A DNA stretch of 16,545 bases from Candidatus Caccomorpha excrementavium (GCA_018714285.1 DVNP01000030.1:1-16545), one strand, 5' to 3'; shown: positions 1 to 9,200, counted from the first letter of the stretch. Translations and numbers: made by a program. Notes: a model not told the origin generated them from the sequence alone.

Positions 1-18
1 GCTATGAGGGGCAGCTGA
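1..18 (+). other. 3' end of an upstream CDS (reads ...AMRGS then TGA); product unknown
   Basis: An open frame runs in from the window edge and ends with TGA at 16-18. It sits about 50 nt upstream of the next gene's SD, so it is probably the preceding cistron of the same operon. Confidence 0.25.
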
Positions 19-67
19 GGGGAATCCGCGCTTATCTTGACAGCAGGAAGGGATAAGGAGGCAGGTT

Positions 68-2362
68 ATGGAACAGAAAGAATATAAATCGATTAATAAG
101 CCTGTCCGTAAGAAGGACGCCATGCAGCTTCTGCTTGGCAAGCCCGTGTATATGGACGATATCACGCCGGGTCATGCGCTGACAGTGAAGATTTTGCGTT
201 CTCCTCATGCCAATGCCGTCATTCAGGAGATCAATACGGCCGCCGCGAAGAGGGTTCCCGGTGTGGTGGATATTTATACCTGGGAGGATGTCCCTTCCGT
301 TCGATTTGCGATTGCGGGGCAGACTTACCCGGAACCGTCGCCTTACGACAGACTGATTCTTGACCGTCATGTACGCTTTGTGGGCGACGCGGCGGCGATT
401 ATTGCGGCAGAGACCGAGAAGGCGGCAATCAGAGCCATGAAGCTGATCAAGGTGAAATATCAGGTCCTTGAGCCGATCCTTGACTTCCGGAAGGCGAAGG
501 ATAATCCCGTTCTGGTTCATCCGGAAGAGGACTGGTTTCCTCCCTGCCAGGTAGGCGGCGACAACCGGCGCAATCTGGTTGCCTCCGGCGAAAGCAGCGA
601 CGGCGATGTAGACGCAGTTCTGGCGGACTGTGATATGGTTCTGGATCGAACCTATCATACCAAGGCCTTCAGTCAGGCAATGATGGAGACCTTCCGTACT
701 TATACGGAGCTTGATCGATACGGAAGGCTTCATGTGATATCGTCTACGCAGATTGTATTTCACTGCCGGAGGATTCTGTCAAGAGCGCTCGGTATTCCCA
801 AGAGCAGGATCCGCGTGGAAAAGCCAAGAATCGGCGGAGGCTTTGGCGCCAAGCAGACGGCGGTCTGCGAGGTCTATCCCGCTTTCGTGACTCTGAAGAC
901 CGGAAGGCCCGCGAAGCTGATCTATACCCGTGAGGAGTCTATGATTGCAGGCTCTCCCCGGCATGAGATGGAGATTCGGATCAGGCTCGGAGCAGACAGA
1001 GACGGATCGATTCGGTGCCTGGATTTCTATACATTGTCCAACACAGGGGCCTACGGGGAACACGGCCCTACGACGGTCGGCTTATCCGGCCATAAGGCAA
1101 TCCCTTTGTATACCGGCGGACTGGAAGCTTACCGGTTCCGTTATGACGTGGTCTACACCAATCTTCAGGCAGCGGGTGCTTACCGCGGCTATGGGGCGAC
1201 TCAGGGAATCTTCGCGCTGGAATCCATTGTCAATGAGCTGGCGGAGCTTCTCGGCATGGATCCCACGGTAATCCGCGACAGAAATATGGTCAGGGAGGGC
1301 ATGCGGATGCCCGCGTACTACAATGAAACCGCGAATGCCTGCGCGCTTGACCGCTGTATGAAGCACTGCCGCAGGATCTTTCACTGGGAGGAAAAATACC
1401 CGGTACGGGATATGGGAAACGGCAGGATAAGAGCCGCCGGAGTGGCTATGGCAATGCAGGGCTCCTGTATATCCAATGTAGACGTGGGATCCGCAACGGT
1501 TAAGCTCAGCGAGGACGGAACCTATAATCTGCTGATCGGAGCAGCGGATATGGGAACCGGGTGCGATACGATTCTGGCCCAGATGGTGGCGGAGTGCATG
1601 GACTGCAGCGTAGATGATGTAGCCGTGTTCGGCGCGGATACGGATGCGTCTCCTTATGATTCCGGATCGTATGCTTCTTCTACCACCTATATTACAGGCA
1701 AGGCAGTGGAGAAGGCCTGTACCGACCTGAAACAGCGAATCTGCTCGATTGCGGCGGAAATGCTGGGCTGTGGCGCCGGCGAGGTGACATTCGAGGGAGA
1801 TCGGGTACGCAGGGACGGTACCGGACAGACCGTGAGCCTTACGGATATTGCTTATAAGGCGCAGGTATTCAATACCCAGGCTGCTCAGGCAACCGCGACC
1901 CATTCTTCGCCCGTCTCGCCGCCGCCTTATATGGTAGGAATGGTTGAGATTGAGCTGGATAAGAATACCGGTCTTGTGACTGTTCTGGACTATGCGGCTG
2001 TGGTGGACTGTGGGATTCCTATTAACCCCGCTCTGGCGCGGATCCAGGCAGAGGGAGGCATCGTTCAGGGAATCGGGCATACCCTGACGGAAGAGGTGCG
2101 CTATGATCACAGAGGACGGCCCATCGGATCCTCCTTCATGCAGTATAAGCTGCCGACGAGACTGGATACAGGGCGGCTGCAGGTGGAATTTGAGCGAAGC
2201 TATGAGCCTACGGGGCCTTTCGGGGCCAAGTCGATCGGGGAGATTGTAATTAATACCCCGGCGCCGGCGATTGTTCATGCCATATACCGCGCGACCGGCG
2301 TATGGTATCGGGAGCTGCCGGTTACGCCCGAGAAGATTGTAATGCCGCCGGCTGATCTGTAA
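68..2362 (+). CDS. Molybdopterin-binding large subunit, xanthine dehydrogenase / aldehyde oxidoreductase family
   Basis: A 764-aa ORF with SD AGGAGG 6 nt before ATG 68. It carries the family-typical RIGGGFGAKQ motif and the C-terminal signature GAKSIGEIVINTPAPAIVHAIYRATGVWYRELPVTPEKI. The substrate (xanthine or an aldehyde) cannot be assigned from the sequence. Confidence 0.85.
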   Translation: MEQKEYKSINKPVRKKDAMQLLLGKPVYMDDITPGHALTVKILRSPHANAVIQEINTAAAKRVPGVVDIYTWEDVPSVRFAIAGQTYPEPSPYDRLILDRHVRFVGDAAAIIAAETEKAAIRAMKLIKVKYQVLEPILDFRKAKDNPVLVHPEEDWFPPCQVGGDNRRNLVASGESSDGDVDAVLADCDMVLDRTYHTKAFSQAMMETFRTYTELDRYGRLHVISSTQIVFHCRRILSRALGIPKSRIRVEKPRIGGGFGAKQTAVCEVYPAFVTLKTGRPAKLIYTREESMIAGSPRHEMEIRIRLGADRDGSIRCLDFYTLSNTGAYGEHGPTTVGLSGHKAIPLYTGGLEAYRFRYDVVYTNLQAAGAYRGYGATQGIFALESIVNELAELLGMDPTVIRDRNMVREGMRMPAYYNETANACALDRCMKHCRRIFHWEEKYPVRDMGNGRIRAAGVAMAMQGSCISNVDVGSATVKLSEDGTYNLLIGAADMGTGCDTILAQMVAECMDCSVDDVAVFGADTDASPYDSGSYASSTTYITGKAVEKACTDLKQRICSIAAEMLGCGAGEVTFEGDRVRRDGTGQTVSLTDIAYKAQVFNTQAAQATATHSSPVSPPPYMVGMVEIELDKNTGLVTVLDYAAVVDCGIPINPALARIQAEGGIVQGIGHTLTEEVRYDHRGRPIGSSFMQYKLPTRLDTGRLQVEFERSYEPTGPFGAKSIGEIVINTPAPAIVHAIYRATGVWYRELPVTPEKIVMPPADL

Positions 2363-2365
2363 GAA

Positions 2366-2454
2366 CAGGGCTGCTGTGGATGGAGAATGCAGGTAGCATA
2401 TCAGCAAACCGCATTATCTCCGGAAGCGGCAGCCCTGTATTTTATGCGTTTTTG
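2366..2454 (+). terminator. Long imperfect hairpin plus U-tract after the xdh-family gene (putative intrinsic terminator)
   Basis: An outer stem CAGGGCTGC (2366-2374) pairs with GCAGCCCTG (2429-2437). It encloses an inner stem GGAGAATGC / GCATTATCTCC and is followed by TATTTTATGCGTTTTTG. Confidence 0.4.
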
Positions 2455-2483
2455 TGCCGGAGCCGGAGAGATGGGTTATCCGG

Positions 2484-2513
2484 TTGACACGCGAACAATG
2501 CATATGCTAGACT
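2484..2513 (+). promoter_or_regulatory. Sigma-A type promoter for the cysteine desulfidase gene
   Basis: TTGACA (2484-2489), an 18-nt spacer, then TGcTAGACT (extended -10-like). It lies about 50 nt upstream of the ATG at 2566. Confidence 0.45.
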
Positions 2514-2565
2514 GGACATAAGACAAAGGGATGGATCCCGTGTGATACAAAGGAGAACAGGCGTT

Positions 2566-3840
2566 ATGTTAAGCGAGAGGATATATCGGGAATATATTCG
2601 AATACTGGAGGAGGAACTGGTTCCGGCAATGGGGTGTACGGAGCCGATTGCGCTCGCATACGCGGCGGCCAAGGCAAGGGAGGTATTCGGCGGAATGCCG
2701 GATCATGTGACCGCATGGTGCAGCGGGAATATTATCAAGAATGTCCGCTGTGTTACCATACCGAATTCCGGGAATATGATGGGAATCGAAGCCGGAGTGA
2801 CGCTCGGAATGGTCGGGGGAGAAGCCGGACGGCAGATGGAGGTTCTGGAATCCGTTACGCCGGAGGATATTCAGGAGGCGAAACGGCTGCTGTCCGAAGG
2901 CTTCTGCACGACAAGGCTTCTCGATTCCCCGGCTCCGCTGCATATTCGCCTGCATCTGACAGGCAAAGGAGAAGAGGTTCTGCTTGAGATCAGGCACGCT
3001 CATACGAATATTACCAGAATCGAGAAGAACGGGAATGTGCTGTTTGCCGGGGAGGAGGACGAGGAGGAACTGAAGGCAGGAGCGGACAGAAGCCTGCTGA
3101 ATCTGGATTCGATTAAGGAATTCGCCGATACGGTGAATATCGGGCAGGTCCGTGAGCTGCTTGACAGACAGATCCGGTGTAATATGGCGATTGCCGATGA
3201 GGGAATGTCGGGAAATTACGGTCTTGGTATCGGACGGGTGCTGAGGGAGGATTATTCCGACACCGTAGAGACCAGGATGAAGGCCTATACGGCGGCGGGT
3301 TCGGAAGCGCGGATGGGAGGCTGCGAGCTTCCGGTCATTATCAATTCAGGCAGCGGCAATCAGGGGATAGCCAGCTCGGTACCGGTTATCGTCTACGCGA
3401 GGGAGAAGGGACTGTCAGAGGAGCAGTGTCTGAGAGCCCTGGCCTTTGCAAATCTGCTTACCATCTTTCAGAAGGAATTCATCGGGAAGCTGTCCGCATT
3501 TTGCGGAGCGGTATCCGCATCCTGTTCATCGGGCGCGGCGATTACCTATATGGCGGGAGGCACCATGGAGCAGATCCGGATGACAATTGCCAATACGCTT
3601 GCCGATATTCCGGGAATTATCTGTGACGGCGCGAAGGTATCCTGCGCCGCCAAGATCGCCTCCAGCCTGGATGCTGCCTTCATGGCGCACCATCTGGCTA
3701 TGAGGGGGAAGGCATATGAGGCGCATACAGGTATATTAAAGGAAGAAACCGGCAAGACTATCAGTACAGTGGGATATATTGGAAAAGAAGGAATGAAACA
3801 GACGGATAAAGAGATACTGAAGGTTATGCTGGAAGGATAA
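2566..3840 (+). CDS. cyuA: UPF0597 / serine-dehydratase-like family protein, CyuA(YhaM)-type L-cysteine desulfidase
   Basis: The conserved N-terminal PAMGCTEPIALAYAAA motif (the GCTEP signature of UPF0597) is present and the length of 424 aa fits. I chose ATG 2566, which has SD AAAGGAGAA 9 nt upstream, over the track's GTG at 2542, which has no SD. Confidence 0.75.
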   Translation: MLSERIYREYIRILEEELVPAMGCTEPIALAYAAAKAREVFGGMPDHVTAWCSGNIIKNVRCVTIPNSGNMMGIEAGVTLGMVGGEAGRQMEVLESVTPEDIQEAKRLLSEGFCTTRLLDSPAPLHIRLHLTGKGEEVLLEIRHAHTNITRIEKNGNVLFAGEEDEEELKAGADRSLLNLDSIKEFADTVNIGQVRELLDRQIRCNMAIADEGMSGNYGLGIGRVLREDYSDTVETRMKAYTAAGSEARMGGCELPVIINSGSGNQGIASSVPVIVYAREKGLSEEQCLRALAFANLLTIFQKEFIGKLSAFCGAVSASCSSGAAITYMAGGTMEQIRMTIANTLADIPGIICDGAKVSCAAKIASSLDAAFMAHHLAMRGKAYEAHTGILKEETGKTISTVGYIGKEGMKQTDKEILKVMLEG

Positions 3841-3916
3841 AACGTTGGAAAAGACCGGCATTTTGCAGGGGTTACTGGTAAGATTATACAAGATTCCAAT
3901 CTTAATAAAATAACCT

Positions 3917-3945
3917 TTGAAAAATCCGTATAATGTGTTTATAAT
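3917..3945 (+). promoter_or_regulatory. Consensus sigma-A promoter upstream of mreB (TTGAAA-N17-TATAAT)
   Basis: TTGAAA 3917-3922, an exact 17-nt spacer and TATAAT 3940-3945. This leaves a leader of about 115 nt before the mreB ATG. Confidence 0.5.
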
Positions 3946-4063
3946 GAAAAAGAGTATGTGTGATGATACGACATAATCCGGGATAAACGGCAAAAAGAGA
4001 CAGACGAACAGTCTGCCGGTTCATGATACAGACGATTAACGGAAAGAAGAAAGGAGAAACAAG

Positions 4064-5053
4064 ATGTTGGGCAGTGATATCGGAATCGATTTGGGTACCG
4101 CCAGTATACTGGTTTATATAAAGGGCAAGGGAGTCGTTCTGAAGGAACCCTCGGTCGTGGCGTTTGACCGTGACACGAATAAGATTAAGGCGATTGGGGA
4201 AGAGGCAAGGCTGATGATCGGCCGGACTCCCGGCAATATTATAGCCGTGAGACCTCTCCGTCAGGGGGTTATCTCCGATTACACGGTAACGGAGAAGATG
4301 CTGAAGTACTTCATTCAGAAGGCCGGCGGCAAGCAGAGGTTCCGTAAGCCGAGGATAAGCGTCTGTGTCCCGAGCGGCGTTACCGAGGTAGAGAAGAAGG
4401 CCGTCGAGGATGCGACCTATAACGCGGGAGCAAGAGAGGTGGCCATTATCGAGGAACCGATCGCGGCCGCAATCGGCGCGGGTATCGATATCTCCAAGCC
4501 CTGTGGGAATATGATCGTGGATATCGGCGGAGGAACGTCGGATATTGCCGTGATCTCTCTTGGCGGGACTGTGGTCAGCACATCGATTAAGATTGCGGGA
4601 GACGATTTTGATGAGGCGATTGTGCGCTATATGAGGAAGAAGCACAACCTCTTAATCGGTGAGAGAACGGCTGAGGATATCAAGATTAAGATCGGAACCG
4701 CTTACAGGAGGCCGGAGACGATTTCGATTGATGTAAGGGGCCGCAATCTGGTGACAGGACTTCCCAAGACCATATCCGTAACGTCGGAGGAGACGGAAGA
4801 GGCGCTGAAGGAGACAACCTCCCAGATCGTGGAAGCGGTTCACAGCGTGCTTGAGAAGACGCCTCCGGAACTGGCGGCGGATATTGCGGACCGGGGAATT
4901 GTTCTGACGGGAGGCGGAAGCCTGCTGTACGGGCTGGAGGAATTAATTGAGGAGAAGACCGGCATTACGACTATGACGGCAGAGGATCCCATGACTGCAG
5001 TCGCGATCGGAACCGGTAAGTATGTTGAATTCTTAAGCGGCAAGAGGGATTAA
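4064..5053 (+). CDS. mreB: Rod shape-determining protein MreB (actin-like ATPase; MreB/Mbl paralog)
   Basis: The N terminus DIGIDLGTASILVY is the MreB phosphate-1 motif. The protein is 329 aa. SD AAAGGAGAA lies 7 nt before the ATG. Confidence 0.9.
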   Translation: MLGSDIGIDLGTASILVYIKGKGVVLKEPSVVAFDRDTNKIKAIGEEARLMIGRTPGNIIAVRPLRQGVISDYTVTEKMLKYFIQKAGGKQRFRKPRISVCVPSGVTEVEKKAVEDATYNAGAREVAIIEEPIAAAIGAGIDISKPCGNMIVDIGGGTSDIAVISLGGTVVSTSIKIAGDDFDEAIVRYMRKKHNLLIGERTAEDIKIKIGTAYRRPETISIDVRGRNLVTGLPKTISVTSEETEEALKETTSQIVEAVHSVLEKTPPELAADIADRGIVLTGGGSLLYGLEELIEEKTGITTMTAEDPMTAVAIGTGKYVEFLSGKRD

Positions 5054-5075
5054 TCCGTTTTGCCGGGGAATAGAC

Positions 5076-5114
5076 GGGCTGCTCTGCCGGGACGCAAAGC
5101 AGCCCTTGTTTTTG
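5076..5114 (+). terminator. Rho-independent terminator after mreB
   Basis: GGGCTGCT (5076-5083) pairs with AGCAGCCC (5098-5105), followed by TTGTTTTTG. Confidence 0.75.
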
Positions 5115-5134
5115 CAGTCTGACAGGAGGTCCTT

Positions 5135-7366
5135 ATGGCAGAGGTGCTGGAAGGGTATGTAGAAAAAATTGTATTTCGGAATGAGGAGAATGGATATACG
5201 GTGTTCAGCCTGGCAAAGGATGCGCAGGAGATTACCTGCGTAGGGAGTTTTCCGTTCATCAGCGAAGGAGAATACCTGAGCCTGACCGGACAGTATACCT
5301 CTCATCAGATATATGGCGAGCAGTTTCAGGTACAGTCTTATGAGGCGAAAGAGCCGGCGGATGCGGCGGCAATGGAGCGGTATCTGGGGTCGGGGGCGAT
5401 TAAGGGAATAGGAAGCGCGCTGGCGGCCAGAATTGTGCGCAGATTCAAGTCGGATACCTTCCGGATTATTGAAGAGGAGCCGGAACGGCTGGCTCAGATA
5501 AAAGGAATCAGCGAGAAAATGGCCAGGGAGATTTACAGGCAGTTCTCGGAGAAACGGGATCTCAGAGATGCCATGCTGTTTTTGACGCAGTATGGCATCT
5601 CTACGAATCTTGCCGTTAAGATCTACAGGCAGTATGGCGGAAGAATGTATCAGATTGTGAAGGAAAATCCCTATCAGCTGGCAGAGGATATTACCGGAGT
5701 CGGATTCAGGAGCGCGGATGAGCTGGCGGCAAGACTGGGAATCGCCCCGGATTCGGATTACCGGATTCGGGCCGGTATTCTGTATACGCTCTCACAGGCC
5801 GCGGCGAACGGGCATGTCTATCTGCCGCAGCCCGAGCTTGAGAGGAAGACGGCGGAGCTGCTCGATGCGGCGTCCGCCGGGATTGAGCGCCAGCTGACGG
5901 GGCTGATTCTGGAGAAAAAGGCGGTTCGTGTCGAGAAGGACGGCGAACCGCGTATCTATGCGGCGCCTTTTTATTATCTGGAGCTGAATGTGGCGCGGAT
6001 GCTGCTGGATCTGGATGTACGCTGTGAAATCACGGATGCGGAGATTGAGAGTATTCTTGGGCGCGTGGAGAAGAAGTTCGATATCCCGCTGGATGATATG
6101 CAGAGAACGGCAGTCTTTGAAGCCGCGCGAAGAGGAGTATTCGTATTAACGGGAGGTCCCGGAACCGGCAAGACAACGACAATCAATGCGATGATACAGT
6201 TTTTCGAGGCAGAGGGACTGGATATCCTTCTTGCGGCTCCCACGGGGCGCGCGGCGAAGCGGATGTCCGAGACGACGGGATATGACGCCAGAACGATCCA
6301 CAGGCTTCTGGAAATTTCGGGAAATGTGGAAGAGGATGACAGGAAAATCATGTTCGAACGTAATGAAGGGAACCCGCTTGAGGCGGATGTCGTGATTATT
6401 GACGAGATGTCTATGGTGGATATTTCATTAATGAACGCGCTGCTGAAAGCCATACCGATCGGAACCAGGCTGATTCTGGTCGGCGACGTGAACCAGCTGC
6501 CCAGCGTAGGCCCCGGAAATGTGCTGCGGGATATCATTGATTCTGACGCGTTCCGGGTTGTCCGTCTGACCAGGATATTCAGGCAGGCCGCGGAGAGCGA
6601 TATTATAATAAACGCTCACAAAATCAACGCGGGAGAAGCAATACGGCTGGATAATAAGAGCCGGGACTTTTTCCTGCTGAACCGGAATGATCCCAATGTT
6701 ATCATTGCTGTGATGCTGAATCTGATCCGCAACAAGCTGCCGGGATATGTTCATGCGAAGCCGTATGAGATTCAGGTGCTTACGCCCATGAGAAAGGGAG
6801 AGCTGGGCGTAGAGAGACTGAACCGGATTCTGCAGCAGTATCTGAATCCTCCCGGATCTGGCAAGAAGGAGAAGGAAGCGGCAGGCAGCCTCTTCCGTGA
6901 GGGCGATAAGGTCATGCAGATTAAGAATAATTACCAGCAGGAATGGGAAATCCGGAGTGAATACGGAACACAGATCGAGTCGGGCACAGGAATCTATAAC
7001 GGGGATATTGGTGTGATACGGGAGATTAATCTGTTCGCCGAGAATATGACGATTGAATTCGACGACGGCAAGATAACGGAATATCCGTTCTCTCAGTTAG
7101 AGGAGCTGGATCTGGCCTATGCGGTAACCATACATAAATCGCAGGGCAGCGAGTATCCCGCGGTTATTCTTCCAATCTTAACCGGTCCCAGAATGCTGTT
7201 CAACCGCAATCTGCTCTATACGGCCGTTACCAGGGCGAAGTCCTGCGTTACCATTGTAGGAGATCCTCATATGATCCAGGTAATGATCGATAATGTGAGT
7301 GAACAAAAGCGGTATTCCGGCCTGGCAGACTGTATCTGCACCATGCGGAGTGACGATTTGTCATAA
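5135..7366 (+). CDS. recD2: ATP-dependent RecD-like DNA helicase (RecD2/YrrC type)
   Basis: A 743-aa protein with the RecD2 N-terminal domain and a Walker A motif GGPGTGKTT. Helicase motifs such as DEMSMVD and PSVGPGNVL are present, followed by a C-terminal SH3-like region. SD AGGAGG lies 4 nt before the ATG. Confidence 0.85.
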   Translation: MAEVLEGYVEKIVFRNEENGYTVFSLAKDAQEITCVGSFPFISEGEYLSLTGQYTSHQIYGEQFQVQSYEAKEPADAAAMERYLGSGAIKGIGSALAARIVRRFKSDTFRIIEEEPERLAQIKGISEKMAREIYRQFSEKRDLRDAMLFLTQYGISTNLAVKIYRQYGGRMYQIVKENPYQLAEDITGVGFRSADELAARLGIAPDSDYRIRAGILYTLSQAAANGHVYLPQPELERKTAELLDAASAGIERQLTGLILEKKAVRVEKDGEPRIYAAPFYYLELNVARMLLDLDVRCEITDAEIESILGRVEKKFDIPLDDMQRTAVFEAARRGVFVLTGGPGTGKTTTINAMIQFFEAEGLDILLAAPTGRAAKRMSETTGYDARTIHRLLEISGNVEEDDRKIMFERNEGNPLEADVVIIDEMSMVDISLMNALLKAIPIGTRLILVGDVNQLPSVGPGNVLRDIIDSDAFRVVRLTRIFRQAAESDIIINAHKINAGEAIRLDNKSRDFFLLNRNDPNVIIAVMLNLIRNKLPGYVHAKPYEIQVLTPMRKGELGVERLNRILQQYLNPPGSGKKEKEAAGSLFREGDKVMQIKNNYQQEWEIRSEYGTQIESGTGIYNGDIGVIREINLFAENMTIEFDDGKITEYPFSQLEELDLAYAVTIHKSQGSEYPAVILPILTGPRMLFNRNLLYTAVTRAKSCVTIVGDPHMIQVMIDNVSEQKRYSGLADCICTMRSDDLS

Positions 7367-7481
7367 ATATTATACAAAAAACAGATGCAATATAAATATA
7401 ATTGTATTATAATAAGAACGACAGAATAGAAGGGGCATAATATGAAATCAATACGTATCGAACGAAAGGAGCAATACACGT

Positions 7482-8405
7482 ATGAACAAGACGGCGCTTG
7501 TTATTATGGCGGCAGGAATGGGAAGCCGCTACGGAGGCGGAATCAAGCAGCTTGAGCATGTGGGACCCGCCGGAGAGATTATAATGGATTATTCCATTTA
7601 TGACGCGCTGGACGCAGGATTTGATAAGGTTATTTTCATCACCAGGAAGGATCTGGAGGCCGAATTCCGGCGCGTGATCGGTGATCGGATTGAGAAGTAC
7701 GCGAAGGTGGAATATGTCTTCCAGGAGCTTTCGGATCTTCCGGAAGGATTTCGTGTGCCGGAAGGAAGAACGAAGCCGTGGGGAACCGGACAGGCTGTCT
7801 TGAGCTGTCTTGGGACAATCAGAGAACCGTTCGCGGTAATCAACGCGGATGACTATTACGGAAAAGAGGCCTTTGTGAAGCTGCATGAGTTTCTTGCGAA
7901 TGCGGAGCCGTCAGAAGACGGGAAGTACCATTTCTGCATGGCGGGATTTGTCCTTGGCAATACGCTCAGCGATAACGGAATTGTGACAAGAGGTATCTGC
8001 AGGGTAGATGATAAGGGAAGGCTGACCGACGTAGAGGAGACCTTCGGCATTCAGAGAGACAAAGACGAGGCAGTCGGAAAGACCGGAGCAGGAGAGCCGG
8101 TGAGACTTGCGCTTGACAGTCTGGTTTCCATGAATATGTGGGGATTCACTCCGGATTTCTTAAATGAGCTTCACAGCGGATTCGCGGACTTCTTAAACGC
8201 GCTTGAGCCGGGAGATGTTAAGTCGGAGTATCTGCTGCCGGAGGTGGTAGGAGATCTGGTCCGGAGGGGCAAGGCAAAGGTTGATGTGCTGCATACGCAT
8301 GACAAGTGGTTCGGAGTTACCTATAAAGAGGATAAGGCAACGGTGGTTGCCGCCCTGCGCGCGCTGACGGATCAGGGGCTTTATCCGGAGCGGCTGTTTG
8401 AATAA
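7482..8405 (+). CDS. NTP-transferase domain protein (sugar-phosphate nucleotidyltransferase family); substrate not assignable
   Basis: The N terminus has a nucleotide-binding loop IMAAGMGSRYGGGIKQ. A KPWGTGQAV motif resembles the G-x-G-x-A motif of sugar-1-P nucleotidyltransferases. SD AAAGGAG lies 8 nt before the ATG. Confidence 0.55.
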   Translation: MNKTALVIMAAGMGSRYGGGIKQLEHVGPAGEIIMDYSIYDALDAGFDKVIFITRKDLEAEFRRVIGDRIEKYAKVEYVFQELSDLPEGFRVPEGRTKPWGTGQAVLSCLGTIREPFAVINADDYYGKEAFVKLHEFLANAEPSEDGKYHFCMAGFVLGNTLSDNGIVTRGICRVDDKGRLTDVEETFGIQRDKDEAVGKTGAGEPVRLALDSLVSMNMWGFTPDFLNELHSGFADFLNALEPGDVKSEYLLPEVVGDLVRRGKAKVDVLHTHDKWFGVTYKEDKATVVAALRALTDQGLYPERLFE

Positions 8406-8455
8406 GCCTGAATTACTGTTTTTTCGCTGTTCCTGGAGAGAGAACAGGAGGAAAA

Positions 8456-9193
8456 TTGAACCGAATCGAATCGATTCTGACAGGGCTTGCGGCGTGTCTG
8501 TATCCGCCGAGATGCCCCGTATGCGGACAGATCCTGTATCCGGCGGATCAGAGAATCTGTCCGGAGTGCAGGAAGAAGCTCCCCGTGATTGACGGCCCGC
8601 GCTGTGCAAGGTGCAGCAAGCCTGTGGAGAAGGAAGAAGAGGAATACTGTTATGACTGCGCAAGAAGGACCTTTCTGTGCGAGAAGGGCTTTGCCCTCTG
8701 GAAGTATGACAGGGTAACGGCGGAATCAGTCGCCGCTTTCAAGTTCAGAGGAAGAAGAGAATATGTAATCTTTTACGCGCAGGAGGCCGTCAGGCTTGCG
8801 GAGAGCTTCCTGTGGCGGAACCGTCCGGATTATCTGGTCCCGGTTCCGCTTCACAAAAAAAGACTGGCGGCAAGAGGATACAATCAAGCGGCGCTTCTTG
8901 CTGAACGGATAGAGAAGCTTACCGGGATCCCGTATGTTCCTCTGTTGATCCGGACCCGGAATACGAAGCCGCAGAAGGAATTGAATGATAAAGGGCGCGG
9001 CCGGAACGTGGAAGATGCGTTCGCGCTCTCTAAGGGGGAGTGGAGAAGGCTTCCCGGCATACCGGATACGGTACTCCTGGTCGATGATATCTATACGACG
9101 GGGAGTACCGTGGAGGCCTGCGCCGCCGCGCTTCGGGAAGCAGGGGTAAGGCATGTCCTGTTCCTGACCCTGTGTATCGGAAGAGGGTTCTGA
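8456..9193 (+). CDS. comFC: ComF-family protein (ComFC/GntX-like: N-terminal double zinc ribbon plus phosphoribosyltransferase domain)
   Basis: Four CxxC pairs at the N terminus (CPVCG, CPECR, CARCS, CYDCA) and a C-terminal PRTase motif VLLVDDIYTTGSTV. The start is TTG with an AGGAGG SD only 4 nt upstream. No comFA is adjacent. Confidence 0.75.
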   Translation: MNRIESILTGLAACLYPPRCPVCGQILYPADQRICPECRKKLPVIDGPRCARCSKPVEKEEEEYCYDCARRTFLCEKGFALWKYDRVTAESVAAFKFRGRREYVIFYAQEAVRLAESFLWRNRPDYLVPVPLHKKRLAARGYNQAALLAERIEKLTGIPYVPLLIRTRNTKPQKELNDKGRGRNVEDAFALSKGEWRRLPGIPDTVLLVDDIYTTGSTVEACAAALREAGVRHVLFLTLCIGRGF

Positions 9194-9200
9194 AAAAGGC

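Noticed and set aside
32-763. A 243-aa minus-strand ORF overlapping the 5' part of the xdh-family gene
   Set aside because: An antisense shadow ORF of a real gene. It has a low-complexity R/H-rich translation and no recognisable domain.
1082-2407. A 441-aa minus-strand ORF antisense to the xdh-family gene
   Set aside because: It is entirely embedded in a confidently identified plus-strand gene. Its Arg/Gly/Pro-rich translation is typical of antisense frames in GC-rich coding DNA, and it has no SD.
2542-2565. Track-proposed upstream alternative starts (GTG 2542, TTG 10094 minus, TTG 10907, GTG 11482, TTG 12585, GTG 14439)
   Set aside because: In each case an internal ATG/TTG with a correctly spaced SD (AGGAG-type, 6-9 nt) fits better. 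The upstream codons either overlap the SD itself or lack one.
3902-4645. A 247-aa minus-strand ORF antisense to mreB
   Set aside because: It overlaps the unmistakable MreB coding frame and shows no SD or domain signature.
5974-6537. A 187-aa Ser-rich minus-strand ORF inside recD2
   Set aside because: An antisense artefact. The plus-frame helicase motifs (Walker A/B) span this region.
8864-8870. An A7 homopolymer inside comFC, as a possible phase-variation tract
   Set aside because: The reading frame is intact through it (HKKRLA), and a single 7-mer is too short to claim contingency behaviour without population data.
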